Shown: positions 1 through 13,046, counted from the first letter of the stretch. The stretch: DNA of 64,000 nucleotides from Octopus sinensis (GCF_006345805.1 NC_043005.1:47554001-47618000); one strand, 5' to 3'. Program-made: numbers and translations. The notes: generated by a model from the letters alone, not told the origin.

Positions 1-39
1 TTAACACTAGTCTTCATATCTTGATGCAAAACCCTGATC

Positions 40-210
40 ATGTGTGTGTATATACATACATACATACATACATACATACGTACGTATGTATGCATGTATA
101 TATATTCACATATATGTGTGTGTATGTGTATGTGTGTGTGTGTGTGTATGTGTGTGTATATATATATATATATATATGTATTTATTTATTATATATATAT
201 ATATATATAT
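40..210. repeat. Compound (TACA)n/(TG)n/(TA)n microsatellite
   Basis: Direct reading. It is the source of the spurious YI/VC-rich ORFs. Confidence 0.95.
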
Positions 211-520
211 ATTCTTTCATTCTTTTACTTGTTTCAGTCCCTTAATTGCAGCCATGCTGGAGCACCACCTTTAGTTGAACAAATCAACCCCAGGGCTTAT
301 TCTTTGTAAGCCTAGTACTTATTCTATTGGCCTCTTTTGCCAAACCATTTAGTTATTGAGACGTAAACACGCTAATTTCGGCTGTCAAGCAATGGTGGTG
401 GGGATGAACACAGACACACAAACATATACATATATATGGTGGCCTTTTTGTATATATATATATATATATACACATGTATGTATGTACGTATGTATGTATG
501 TATACATACACACATATATG
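211..520 (-). mobile_element. SINE family A, 3' half (head missing)
   Basis: Reverse complement of the 3' half of the full copy at 61837-62260 (cttttacttgtttcagtc...gccatgctggagcacc...gacaaacacagacac). Confidence 0.85.
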
Positions 521-966
521 ACAGGTTTTTTTTTGTGTGTGTGTAAATGTGTGCTTTACTGTTTCATTGCCTTGACTTTATGTGATTGCTGTAAACAACA
601 TACAAATGGTGTCCTTCATTTCCAATCTTATGTGAAAACTTCTGCTGTGGAGTATGGGTCTTGTTGAGTACACCAAGGTGTCAGGGATCTTAGTCCTTGT
701 CATCTCACCTGAAAGGCTCAACCTCCTGAGGTAGTTCTTCATTACTTCATCCTATTTCTTCCAGCATCTCATTCAATTGCAATTAGTCTGATCATCAAGT
801 TACAACAAAATGATTTTTCACTGAATCCAACTGCAAATAATCTAAAATTAAACTTATAATTTCAAGTAAACAAGTGCCATCCAGTAACTGAAATAAGTAA
901 AAGATAAAAGCTACTTGCCCAGGATGTTATAAAAGCCAAACATGGAGGCTGGTGGATTGTTATGTA

Positions 967-1184
967 TTCCCATATTTTCTGGCATACAAGTCAAAATCTT
1001 CTGACCAAAATTTACTGCCAAAAAAAAAAAAAAAAGGGTAGGTTTACTAACATGCCAAAATGATTTTGGAGGATAAAAAATTTGTTTTGCAGCAGGATTT
1101 GAAATGATAATGAAGATATTTGAATGTTTACACTACATATTTACACTATGTACTATGTTAACTTATATGCTAGGAAATACAGTA
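967..1184. mobile_element. pogo/Tigger-like MITE, degenerate copy
   Basis: Homologous to 33558-33744. Right TIR tatgctaggaaatacagta at 1166-1184; degenerate left TIR at about 968-986. Confidence 0.7.
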
Positions 1185-1185
1185 G

Positions 1186-1400
1186 CTAAGGAAAGTTGGC
1201 AGAATCATAAGCACACCAGGCAAGATAGTTAGTGGCATTTCTTCCAACTTGGTGTTCTGAGTTCAAATTCCACCGACGTTGATTTTGACTCTCATTCTTT
1301 CAGAATTGATAAAACAAATACCAGTTGAGCACTGGGTTTGATGTAATCAACTTCTTCCCTCCTCCAATATTGTTGACCTTGTGTCAAAATTTAATACCAA
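1186..1400 (+). mobile_element. SINE family B, degenerate
   Basis: Shares gttctgagttcaaattcc...gactttgcctttcatcctttc...aagtaccagttgagcactgggg with the copies at 63290-63990. Confidence 0.75.
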
Positions 1401-2741
1401 TATATCAGCACTAACAATATGCTGTACACAGTAAAAAAAAAAAGCCTCACTAAAATTCCTCTAATACTGTAGGGTCATACATAGTTTTCTTTAGTAAGAT
1501 TAGCAATAGTCTCCATATTTTGCTGCCTTAATATTTTTAAATACTTGAATTGATTGATTTTATTGGATCTGTCTTCTTTGCCTGTTGTTTTTAGATTCTA
1601 GGTACCCAGTAATGGGAGATTTTGTTTACCAGTTGCCTGGATAATCTCAGTTAATCAAAACTTTTCCCCTCACTACATTAATTCTGAGAGATCCTGCAGT
1701 ATTTGTACTTAGTATGCAGAATGTTCTCCTTGAGATATTTTCATTCTGCCATATTGCTAAAATTATTCTTCTTTACATCCTGGCCGCAGAACTTTTAAGA
1801 AAAGGGAAAAACAATTCACTCGTGGAGTGCCAAACTAACTGAAAACTAATGAGTCTTTTGTGTTGATTTACAGGCAAATCCTCTCACACAAGAAGAATAA
1901 ATGAATGACCTAATTGGAAGCTGATTAGGCAATTATGTAAATGCTAGAATACATTAAAGATGGTTGTAACAAGTAAGCAAGTTTTCTGCAGTTTTTAAAT
2001 TAGTTATTGATTACTCGAACTTAAAACAACATGATTTGAATACTTACCGTTGTACACAAATTTAGGCAACAGAGCTAAAGAAAAAAGAAAAGAAAAAGAA
2101 AAAAAAAAGCAGAAAAAAAAGACAAAAGGTTGTTTATATGACAGAACAGACTTACAAATGACAAAATAATATTTCCACAAGATATTTACTAATATCCTGA
2201 CTCGTGAACTCAATTGCAGGGTTCATTATACTGTTGCCATTCACTCGACTTATCCAGTTTTAGAAGATAAAGATTAGTAGATGTTGCAGCATTAATACAA
2301 AATAGATGCATTTATTCATGTTTATAAAGAAAGCATAAGGACAGCATCTGATGTGGGTATATTCAGATGAAAATTATCAATTAATAACACGCGACATTTC
2401 TGAAATGAGAGATATGGACAAAAGATTGTTCACTTGGTGGGATCATGTGAAAATGAGGATGGCTTTTTACAATAATCTTGCTATTAGAAGCAGGAAAGAT
2501 TTCTTTCCTTCTGCAAGAATGGAATATTTTCTTTGAATCTTTTCAGAACAAATTCATCCACACATTTGGAATACAACTGTTTCAGTTGAATTGTTAATAG
2601 TTAATTCCTTATGCTTCTCTATTTCTATTAATCTTTCACTCATTCTGAATCCCTCTCTCTTTTTCATATATGTATATACATATGGATACATATATATATT
2701 CACATACATGTATCTTTGTTGTGCATATATGTATCCACATG

Positions 2742-2792
<51 letters not shown>

Positions 2793-3053
2793 TATTATTA
2801 TACATGCATGTGTATTACACATACACATGCATGTATATGAGTATATATATATATTAATGTATGAAAAATATATGTACACATGTGTATATATACGTATATA
2901 TATATATATATATCTATATATATATATATATAGACATATATAAATATTTACATACATATATTCAATGCATTCATCATATCTTTATAGTGAGTATATGGTG
3001 GTTTTTGGAATATTCACTCTGATTTTAACAAGTGGTATTATATACCTTACTGA

Positions 3054-3088
<35 letters not shown>

Positions 3089-3224
3089 ATATATTCAAGG
3101 ACAAATTCAGATCGGCTTAGACAGAATAAGACAGACCGACAGACTGACAAACAGACATGATAAGGAAGAGACCAAGAGATAGGGAGGGATGTGGACTGAC
3201 AAAATATTTAAGAGACAAGTGCAT

Positions 3225-3530
3225 ATATCATCATCATCATCACCACCTTTTAACGTTCACTTTCCATGTTGGCATGGGTTAGGTAGTTTGATTAGTACTG
3301 GTAAGCCAGAAAGCTGAACCAGGTTCCAGTCATGGTTTCTACAGCTAGATACCCTTCCTAATGCCAACCACTCTGAGAGGGCAATGAGTGCCTTTTACGT
3401 GACTCCATCACAGGTACCATTTAGATGACACTGTTAATGGTCATGATTACTGTTTCACTTGGCTTGATGAGTCTCCTCAAGCACAGCACATCACCAAGCT
3501 CTTGATCCCTTGTCATTGCCTCCGTGAGGC
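3225..3530 (-). mobile_element. RTE LINE 3' tail fragment
   Basis: (cat)n followed by tttaacgt...ccatgttggcatgggtt...ccttcctaatgccaaccac, homologous to the RTE 3' end at 30315-30500. Confidence 0.8.
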
Positions 3531-3557
3531 CCAACAAGATGTATGTATGTATGTATG

Positions 3558-3588
<31 letters not shown>

Positions 3589-3621
3589 GTATGTATGTAT
3601 ATATATATATATATATGTATG

Positions 3622-3667
<46 letters not shown>

Positions 3668-4260
3668 AGTATGTATGTATCTATGTATGTATACCACTTA
3701 ATAATCTGAATGGAAGTAATACAAGCAGAAACTAGAGGAACATAATTAATGACCTAACCCAAAATCAAATATATATATATATGCTTGTACATTTATAAAA
3801 TGGATATAAAAATTCCAAATATATAAGTATGAAAATACATATAAATAGATAAATATCGATATATAAAACACAGTGAATTTTAGATTTAAAAGTTATAATA
3901 CAATGGTATAATAAAAATTTGATATGATAAAACATTAAAAGGACATACTAAAATACCATGAAAATATTACAAAAATTTTAAAATTTTAAAATTTAAATTT
4001 AAACTCACATACACACGTAATGTATTTTTCCATTATCAAACTGTTATTACATGTTGATAGGAACCAGCCATACATTTGTAAATGTAATGGGGAGGGGGGA
4101 AATCAAAAGAATTATTAATCTTTTGAAGATTGTCTAAGACATTCTAATTATTTATACAGTTGATTACCCATCTCTCCTATATAATTACTTACTTGCATAT
4201 TCCTATGTCTTACCACATGAATTTATATATGTGTGTGAATGTGTGTGTGTGTATGTGTGT

Positions 4261-4920
4261 ATGACAAAAGGTGATCTTAAGAAAGAGATAGAAAGTTTGT
4301 TGCAGACTGCTCAGGATCAAACACTAAATACAAAAGTGATAAGGAATGTGCATAAACCAGATGAAACAGTTAAGTGTAGGTTTTGTGGGAAGAATATGGA
4401 AAAGTGTGACACACATCGTGAGTACTTGACATGCTTCTGCAGAGAGAATATAAAGGTATCTCAATACAGTGTGCTTACACTTCCTCTAGTCTTTATGCAG
4501 GAAATATGGGTTTCTGACCAGAGAAAAAGTATGTCACAAACCAGAGGAGATCCTAGAAAATCAATCTGTGAAACTCTTAGGGTCTTTACAATCCAAAGTT
4601 CTTGAACATACAAGGCCAGACATAATTTTGTTGGTGAAAGGTATTGTAAGGTTTGTTGGTGAAAGGTTTGTTGATTGATGTAGCTTGCTCAGGAGATCAT
4701 TATATCAATGATAATGGAAACAAGTAAAAAATATGCAGACTTGAGAATAGATGTCAAGAGAACGTGGAATATGAAAGCAAGAGTGGTACCAGTTGTAACT
4801 GGAGCAAGTGGGTCTGTGATGAGAGCCTTCAGAAGCACCTTGACGCAATTGGAATCTGTCCCGGCATTATCACATTGTGGAAGGCAACACTTTTGAGACC
4901 AGTAAAATATCCCATGGAAA
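4261..4920 (+). pseudogene. R4/Dong-like non-LTR retrotransposon relic: C-terminal zinc knuckle and restriction-like endonuclease region
   Basis: Frameshifted translation gives KGDLKKEIESLLQTAQDQTL...CRFCG..., then KKYADLRIDVKRTWNMKARVVPVVTGASGSV and HLDAIGI...KATLL. These resemble R4/Dong-clade C-terminal motifs (recognised from memory of the family). Confidence 0.75.
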
Positions 4921-5499
4921 GTGCTGCTTCTCTGATGTTACACAATTTGAGAGGGAATCAATTAAACAATTCAGTGTTAACAAGATTGTCACTGTGCAAA
5001 CGAAGGAATTGGTGTGCTTATAATCACAAGAACAAATATAAATCTATAGCCTATAAGCTGTGAGTTCCATATTGGTTCATCATAAATGTTTTCTCTTTCT
5101 ATATGAACCTTCAGTATTGCAAAACATTTTTTCTCTGTCCCATAGATCGTTATCAGTTCTATTCTGATTGCACTGTTCTACTGTTTGTAATGGACTGTTC
5201 CACTGGTAAGTCTTAAATTTTATGGTGTGAATACTTTTTGTTTCTATTATGTCTTTTGCATGACCATCAGGGCAATCCTTCTTGTAGACAGCATTCTAAA
5301 ATGCTTCAGCAATAATGTATTGTCACATGGAACATGAGGAAGTAAATGTTTCCACATTGGTGTAAAAAACACCATTTGAGCATGGTGCCTTCCTTTCACC
5401 TAGCATCGATCCTATCAGAGTTATTATTGATGTAATGTTAGTGGTGGTAGTTAACTTCTTCCTAGTCCATGTTGTGAATCTTTTTTTAATTGTGCCAGT

Positions 5500-6300
5500 C
5501 TCATAGTATCCCAACTGTTGGTATTAGCACTGGTACACAAAAGCACCAGATGGTATGGTCCTATTGAATGCTGACATCTCATACTTCTATACTTTCTGAA
5601 GTCAAGTGAAATATTACTTTGTCACTCTAGTTTTATTCTCAGTAGCAATGTATATAAAATTCCCATCAATTCAGTTGATATCAGCTATCATTGGAGGCAG
5701 GCCAATGGGTTATCCATATTCTTTGGCTGATCTACACTGTTTATTTGAACCTCAAGTGACTATCAAAAATGAATATTCATTTTGATCAAGCTTTCATTCT
5801 ATGTCCCAAGAGAATGTTATGACCAGTTCTAATTGTCTCTTGGTTTTCTAAATATTACCTGAATACAGCTTCAGATACAAACAAAAAAAGGGTGGATGAC
5901 ATTAATTTTCTGATCAGCAACTGATTATATTGTGAGCCGTGGCATTTCCACAATAGAGCTGCCATGATAAACAGCATTACAGACAGTTGTCACCCTGGAA
6001 AATTCTCTTCAATAACCTAATTCTCTTGTAACGATAATAGTTTCTTCAGTTTTTAGTAAAGGCTGTGTCTAGCTTTCAGCAGACTTCACCAATGCTGCTT
6101 CATTCCCTTTGTTGAAAAGGTGATATTTAGCACAAACCCCAAACTGCTTTCTTTTCTCCATCCTGCTCACCAATCAGCATCTCAAATGTTTTACATTGAT
6201 CTTTGAGAAACACAGTCATGTGAATGCTTTTTGATTGCTTGTTTTTTTTTAAAAGACTGATCCAATTTCTTCAAAGAATTCAAGCTGATGACTAGCAAAG
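5500..6300 (-). pseudogene. Degenerate reverse-transcriptase relic, R4/Dong-like
   Basis: Across frameshifts the minus strand gives KAF..., RIFQGD-LSVMLFIMA (6007-5960) and KIN..H.FF...LKLY, matching GIFQGDSLSPLLF and INHLLFMDDLKLY of RLE-clade RTs. Confidence 0.55.
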
Positions 6301-6871
6301 TGACAAGACATTTCTTTTACACTTTTATTAGTGAAGTCTCTTCCAGAGAATTGTGAATACGAGAGTGTATTTGTGTGCACATGCATGTGTGTATTGGCAT
6401 GCACTTGCATAACAATCTATTGAGCTAATTATCTACACAGACAAAGAGAGATAGACAGACAGAAAGACAGATAAGCAGGCAGATGGACGGATGGACAAAA
6501 ATACAGACAGACATATACACGTTATCACAAACTTCCCTACTCTTTCTTTGTCTCTCATCCTCACCATCGCAACCATTCCTTTCCATTTCTGTGACACTAC
6601 ATGGAGAATAAAGTATGTGTATGTATGAATATACTTGTACTTATGTAATGAATGTGTTTGCATATCTCTTTAAGTACAAGAGAGTGTATAATAACACTCT
6701 ATGTATGTGTATGGATGCCATAAAGACATATGACTACTCTGTAATATGTTCAATTTCAGAAACTTGAAGAGAAATTCTTGGACTTGGTAGTTATGAGTCA
6801 ATTTGTTTTCTTCTTTCTTGAGAAACATAAGCATTTCTTAACTTTCATGCAAATATTTTGATATGTTAAAG

Positions 6872-7000
6872 TGCATGGCCTAATGGTGAGGTTGTTGCAC
6901 TCGTGATCACTAGATCATGGGTTCAATTCCCTGACTGGGTGATGTGTTGTGGTTCTTGAGCAAGACACTTCATGTTGCTCCAGTCTCCCTTTTGAGGTGG
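6872..7000 (+). mobile_element. SINE family C head (tRNA-like)
   Basis: A-box-like tggcctaatgg and B-box-like ggttcaattcc, followed by ttcttgagcaagacacttca as in 9030-9255. Confidence 0.7.
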
Positions 7001-7150
7001 GAGAAATGTTGGCCCGCTTACCTAGCCAGTGGGGTGGCATCATTTGAAAGCTAAAACAATGCAAAATGCATTGTGACCAGTGATGTGTAACAACATCTGA
7101 CAGTCTGGTCAGTCACTTAATCATGTGATGTGTGATTTTATGATATAGTT

Positions 7151-7230
7151 CAGTAGTTCTCAACTAGGATCCACATGATCCTTGGTGGGGGGGACCCATA
7201 TAAGATTTTCTTACATGAACCCCAATACGC
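7151..7230 (+). mobile_element. hAT/Charlie-like MITE left end
   Basis: Starts CAGTAGTTCTCAAC (Charlie/MER5-type TIR) and is homologous to 16811-16860. Confidence 0.5.
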
Positions 7231-7678
7231 AACTGGTACTTAATTTATTGACACTGAAATGATGAAAGGCAAAATCGACATTAGTGGAATTTGAACTCAG
7301 AATGTAGTGGTAAATTAAATACCGCTAAGCATTTCACCCAGCATGCTAACGGTTCTGCCAGCTTGACACCTTCCTGTCCCATAAGAATAATATCAGGAGT
7401 ACAGTACAAGACAACCACCCAAGATGCCATTGTGATTGCTATTATTAATATGGTTATGAAAGGCAACAAGCTAGCAGAATTGCTAGCATGCCAGGCTAAA
7501 TGCTTAGCAGCAGCATTTTGTCCATCTTTGGGTTCTGAGTTCAAATTCCACCAAGGTCAACTTTATCTTTCATCCTTTCAAGGTCAATAAATTAAGTACC
7601 AGTTGAGTGCTGGGGTCGATGTGATTGGCTATCCTCTGCAACAAATTCCAAACCTTATACTTTTAGTAGAAAGGATCG

Positions 7679-7745
<67 letters not shown>

Positions 7746-7753
7746 CATTATTA

Positions 7754-7785
<32 letters not shown>

Positions 7786-7990
7786 TATTATTATTATTAT
7801 TATTACTAAGGCAGTGAGCTGGCAGAAGCATTTGCACATCGAACAAAATGCCTAATGGCATTTCATCTGTCTTTACGTTCTGAGTTCAAATTTTGCCAAG
7901 GGTCGATGAATTAAATCCCAGTTGAGTACTGGGGTTCTTGCAATCAGCAACAAATTCCAGGCCTTGTGCCTTTAGAAGAAAGGATTATTA
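7230..7990. mobile_element. Cluster of three SINE-B copies: about 7230-7375 (-), 7455-7660 (+), 7810-7990 (+)
   Basis: Each carries ttctgagttcaaatt...ctttcatcctttc or its reverse complement. A (GTT)n(ATT)n microsatellite lies at 7678-7807. Confidence 0.8.
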
Positions 7991-8119
7991 ATATGATTAT
8001 TGGTCAGTAACCCTGTCTGAGAAGACCTTTAAAATGAAGGTGAGTGGTAATGATGGGGAGGAGGCAGGAATGACAGTGATAGTACCTGAGCAAAACATGA
8101 TGCCAATGACAACAGTAAT

Positions 8120-8122
8120 GCC

Positions 8123-8158
<36 letters not shown>

Positions 8159-8520
8159 GGTGATGACGATGACAATGACTGTGATGACGATGATGGCAAT
8201 GGTGATGACGAAGATGATAATAGCAATTTGAATGATAGAAATTATAATAATGAGGTAGAGGATGGTGGTGATGATGATGATGATGATTGATGAAGATGAT
8301 GATAATTGATGAAGATGCCAGAGCAGAAAGAGAAAGATTATTTGGAATGAATAATTGCAATACTTAATATACTAATGACTGAATATGACAATGGAAGCAG
8401 TAGCAGCAGCGATGGTGGTGGTGGTGGTGGTGTTGGTGTTGGTGGCAGCGGCGGCGGCGGCGGTGGTGGTGGTGGTGGTGGTGGTGGTGGTGGTGGTGGT
8501 AGATGGGTAATCTTTTTTAC
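8120..8520. repeat. (GAT)n and (GGT)n/(GCG)n trinucleotide low-complexity tract
   Basis: Direct reading. It is the source of the poly-His, poly-Met, poly-Ser and poly-Thr ORFs. Confidence 0.9.
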
Positions 8521-8953
8521 GAGTTATGAGAACAGGATATAAATGGACAAAGAATATTGTTGTCTTTCTTCTCCATGTAGCGTCACAGAAACAGAAAGGA
8601 ATGGTTGTGACTGTGAGGATGAGAGACAAAGGAAGAGTAAGGAAGCTGGTGATAGCATGTATATGTCTGCCTGTCTGTCTGTCAGCCCTTTTGTCTATAT
8701 AGTTAAATAGCTAGATAGATTGTTATGTGAGCATGCATGTGCCCATACACATAAAGGCATAAGTATATTTGTATGCATAGCATCAACTTCATCATTTAAC
8801 ATCCATGCTCCATGGATGTTGGACAGGTTGTCAGGATGTGATGGGTCCAAGGACTACATCATGCTCCAGGATCTGCTTTGGCATGGCTTCTATAACTGGA
8901 TGCCCTTCCTAATACTAACCACATTACAGTCCAACTTATACAAGCATTAAACA

Positions 8954-8998
<45 letters not shown>

Positions 8999-9029
8999 AT
9001 TACTGCATGTAATTGGTGCTGATTTTTTG

Positions 9030-9905
9030 TCATGGCTTAGTGGTTAGGGCGTTGGACTCGTGCTCGTAAGATTGTGGTTTCGATTGCTGGACCGGGCAAC
9101 ATGTGTTCTTGAGCAAAACACATCATTTCAAATTGCCCCTGTCCACTCAGCTGGCAAAAATAAGTAATCCTGTGACAGACCAGTGTCCCTCCCATCTAAG
9201 TGAGAAACCAGCCCTCATGAGTCGGTATGACTTGAAAATGTAACTTACTTTTTTAGTGGAGGTGTGTGGCTTAGGGGTTAGGGTATTGGACTCATGACTG
9301 TAAGATTGCGGTTTTGATTCCTGGACCAGGCAAGATACTCTCTCGCTTTTACTCTTTTACTTGTTTCAGGCATTTGACTGCAGCCATGCTGGAGCACCAC
9401 CTTTAGTCGAGCAAATCGACCCCAAGAATTATTCTTTGTAAGCCCAGTACTTATTCTATCGGTCTCTTTTGCCGAACCACTAAGTGACGGGGACGTAAAC
9501 ACACCAGCATCGGTTGTCAAGCAATGCTAGGGGGACAAACAGATACGCAAACAGACAGACACACACACACATATATATATACATGTATACGACAGGCTTC
9601 TTTGCATTTCCGTCTAATAAATCCACTCACAAGGCTTTGGTTGGCCTGAGGCTCTAGCAAAAGACACTTGCCCAAGATGCCTCACAGTGGGACTGAACCC
9701 GGAACCATATGGTTGGTAAGCAAGCTACTTACTACACAGCCATTCCTGCACCTATGTTGAGTTCTTGAGCAAAACACCTCATTTCATGTTGCTTCGGTCC
9801 ACTCAGCTGGCAAGAATGAGTCATCTTGTGATGGACCAACATCCTGTCCTGGTGGGAAACCTGGAAACCAACCCTTATGAGTCGACATGACTTGAGAAAG
9901 TTAAC
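9030..9905 (+). mobile_element. Two tandem SINE-C copies (V-SINE-like); the second (9262-9905) is interrupted by a SINE-A
   Basis: tRNA-like head tggcttagtggttaggg...ttcgattgctggacc and central cactcagctggcaaaaat...cctgtgacagaccagtgtcc, which resembles the V-domain. Confidence 0.75.
9335..9752 (-). mobile_element. SINE family A, full length, nested in SINE-C
   Basis: Collinear reverse complement of 61837-62260. Confidence 0.9.
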
Positions 9906-10689
9906 TTTACTTTTTTACCACTAGTGAGGTTGTCATGCAACTTGCAAGACTGCAGATTTCTGAAAGGGAAGCTTGGTACTTGGAGATGAGGGATTAAATT
10001 ATGAGAGAAGGGGTCAAAGCAGAACAGGTTTCTTCTTGTAAAGGAGCTATAAGGCTACTCACATTTTAGAAAAGAAAGCAGGAGTGATCAGATAAAACTG
10101 GGAGGAGATAAAAATAGTGACAATGATGAGATGGGTGGATCCTTAAGGTAGAAGGAACTGTGAGTGTAGGTGGGTAGAAGTTGCAAAAGTGTATGTGGGA
10201 GGGAGATGGGAAGTGGATAAGAGGGGGTGGGAACAACTAAAGATTTGGTAGGGTTGAAATATGGATAAAGTGAAAGATAAAGGGTGACAGTGACTAGTCA
10301 TGAGTTGGATGGTGGTGGTGGGGAGTGGATGACTTACATTGCAGAAAAAAAGTGAGTGGAGAACAGCAGAAAGGTAATGATGATACAGTAGACAGGAGAA
10401 GGATGAACAAGAGTATTTGGTTGAGTAGGTTGCAGGAAAGTAGGTGAGGAAGAGGCAGACACTGTACATGAAGGGAGAGATGCATGGTGGCAGGAGAGAA
10501 AAAATTATTTGGTGGCTCAGTGGGGATGTAATCAATATAAAGTGGGGGTGAAAAGATCAGTATTAATATAGATATTTTATGACTCAGTGGTTAGAGCATG
10601 GGGCTCACAATCATGAAGTAGTGAGTTCAGTTCCCAGACTGAGCTGTATGTTGTGTTGAGCAAAGCACTTTATTTCATATTGCACCAGT

Positions 10690-11397
10690 TCTCTCATCAT
10701 TTCCAGGACCTCAATGTAGGTGGCAGAGTTAACTTTAAGGCCGTGTGGAAAGATGTAAGGGGGCATCACATGTCCCTCATTACTGACAACCCCTAAAACC
10801 ATGACAGTTGCATGAAATTTTGTATGCATAACACTTGGAACTCCAGAAGGGTCTGCACATAGCCATCTATCATTTCTTCTGTTAACTTTTTGATCTTGGT
10901 CAAATTTTCTTCGTTTGAGAAAAACCAAATCAAATCTTTTTCTGCTGGATTTTTCTATTTGTTTAAGGACATTTTAGATCTGATATAGTGATTTTCTTTT
11001 GCTTTGGCACATAGAGATCTTTTGCAATTGACCTCATGAACTTTCTGAGATTGTAGTCAATGATCTGTTGAACTTGCTGGATAAATTCAGGTGTTCTGAT
11101 TATTTCAGAGTATCTAGAATGCTTTTTCTGCTTTGATACTGGTGATATGTTCCCGTCTTCAGTTTCTAGTTCTATACAAACTTTGCAGATGAAAAATCTG
11201 GCTAATTTTAAAAATCAAGATATTTCTAAATCGCTATGTTCAGCTTTTATAACCACAATAACAGCATGATTCTTCATTTCTTGAGTAAGCTGAGGGTCTG
11301 CCATTATTATTTTCTGAAACAAAGATTATACAGTGTTAGCAAAAATGCAGCAATGACCCCCAAAAAATATCCTCAAATACCTTAGGCACCCTGTGCA
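10690..11397 (-). pseudogene. Tc1/mariner (maT/DD37D-like) transposase relic, 5' half with left TIR
   Basis: ATG at 11304 starts MADPQLTQEMKNHAVIVVIKAEHSDLEIS*FLKLARFF...MRSIAKDL (HTH region), then DQDQKVNRRNDRWL...HTKFHATVMVLGVVSNEGHVMPP. TIR-like CACAGGGTGCC lies near 11395. Confidence 0.8.
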
Positions 11398-11399
11398 TA

Positions 11400-11940
11400 G
11401 ACATCTTTTACTTGCTTCAATCACTAGACTGTGGCCATGATGAGAACACCACCTTGAAGAATCTTAGTTGAACAAATTGGCAGAATATTTATTTTTTTTT
11501 AAATCTGGAACTGATTCTAATGTTCTCTTTAGCTGAACCACTAAGTTATGGTGACATATAGACACCAACACCACTTGGCAAGTGACAAACACAGAAAGAC
11601 AGACAGACAGACACACACACACACAAACATAGAAAGGGCTTCCTTCAAATCCACTCACAAGCACAAGTGTAGCTGGATGTGGGCATTAGAAGCAATCTGT
11701 CCCAAGGAGCACTTTTAAAGGGGCAGCATTTTTGTGTCTGCTGTAGGCAATATGTATTTCTTGAGGGGTGTTGGGGTGGCAAGCAGAACTCAAGCAGCAC
11801 ACACAAGGCTTTGGTTGGCATGGGCCTATAGTACATGACACAAGGTTCCACAGTATGGGGCTGAACCCAGAACCATGTGGTTGGAAAGCAAACATTTTAC
11901 CAGAGAGCCACATCTGCACCTATCTACAGCCATGCCTGTA
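11400..11940 (-). mobile_element. SINE family A, degenerate
   Basis: Diverged reverse complement of family A (tail and head recognisable). Confidence 0.7.
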
Positions 11941-12392
11941 CAAACACCTTATAATATACATACACATGCACATTCATATAAATATAGATACATGCAACCA
12001 ACATTATAGTTACGCATACAAAAGTAGAAATAGATAGACATGTATATAGACACCATTACACATACACATACATACACTTGTGCCTTTATAGAGATACACA
12101 TACTATAAATTGTCTCAATGGTAACATTACATTTATTATACAAACTCAGATGGGTAATCTAATTGTAAGTTATATGTCTGCAAAAAAAGATCTATTCTTT
12201 AATGAAACACATTATTGAATAAATCTATGGATTTTGTTTATATGCGTGTGTGCCTGTGTGTGTGTGAGTGTCCATGTACATTTATGAATATGTATATATA
12301 CATGTATGTATATATCTATATCAATTTATCTATCTATTTATATTTATAAATGAAAGAATGGAGTTGAACGACAAATTAACAAATTTCCTTTA

Positions 12393-12475
12393 TTTTCGAC
12401 ATATGTTTTAAAGGCTGCATATTCCTAATTGTGAAGGAATAAGGAGTACATTATGCCGCTTTCTCATCAGTAAAA
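12393..12475 (-). ncRNA. Type I hammerhead ribozyme relic (G12A)
   Basis: Minus strand: TTTTA CTGATGA [stem II with GCATA/TATGC and ATTCCT/AGGAAT] AAAAC ATAT GTC^GAAAA. Palindrome ACATATGT; AATAAA at 12394-12389. Confidence 0.65.
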
Positions 12476-12639
12476 ATTTTATAAAAATACACACAAATTT
12501 CCACACGAAAACACGTAGTCTCTGCCCTAGGCACGTAACTTCAACCGTGTTATTTCTGATGTGAATTTTCTACCCAGGTATCGGTTAAATGAATTATCCA
12601 TAAAAAGATATTTCATTTTTCTACTCAAATATTTATATT

Positions 12640-12675
<36 letters not shown>

Positions 12676-12778
12676 GGCGTGTAGATATGTATATCTCCCA
12701 TCTATTTTCATTCCTCTACCTCACTCTCTATTTCACATCTTATCTAAATTAACTATTGCTTAACCATCTTCTCACACC

Positions 12779-12826
12779 GTCTCCGATGAAGGGATGTAAT
12801 AAATATCCTTGAAACAACTGTAAGAC
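12779..12826 (+). ncRNA. Type I minimal hammerhead-like motif (U4C core)
   Basis: GTCT CCGATGA AGGGATGT-AATAA-ATATCCTT GAAAC AACT GTA^AGAC. Stem I is GTCT/AGAC, stem II has 8 bp, and ACAACTGT is one change from the palindrome ACAGCTGT. Confidence 0.7.
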
Positions 12827-13046
12827 CTATTTATAAATGTTCTAAAATCTACACAGCCTTGGTTTTTTTTATCCCATTACGAAAAAATTTTTATATACAC
12901 ACACTGATATATGACCTAAGTTGGACCCCTTATTTGCATAATCACCAAATCTGGAACTCAACTATGGTCTATCCATAGCACTTACTCAGCATTACCTGAC
13001 ACCTTTGGGTCTCACTGACACCATTACCTCTCATAACCTCAATGTA

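Noticed and set aside
2351-2536. 61-aa ORF containing WWDHVK
   Set aside because: Short, with only faint similarity to LINE linker motifs and no supporting flanks.
8004-8629. Poly-His, poly-Met and poly-Thr ORFs
   Set aside because: They arise from (GAT)n/(GGT)n repeats. The Asn-rich ORF at 15654-16109 similarly arises from (AAC)n.
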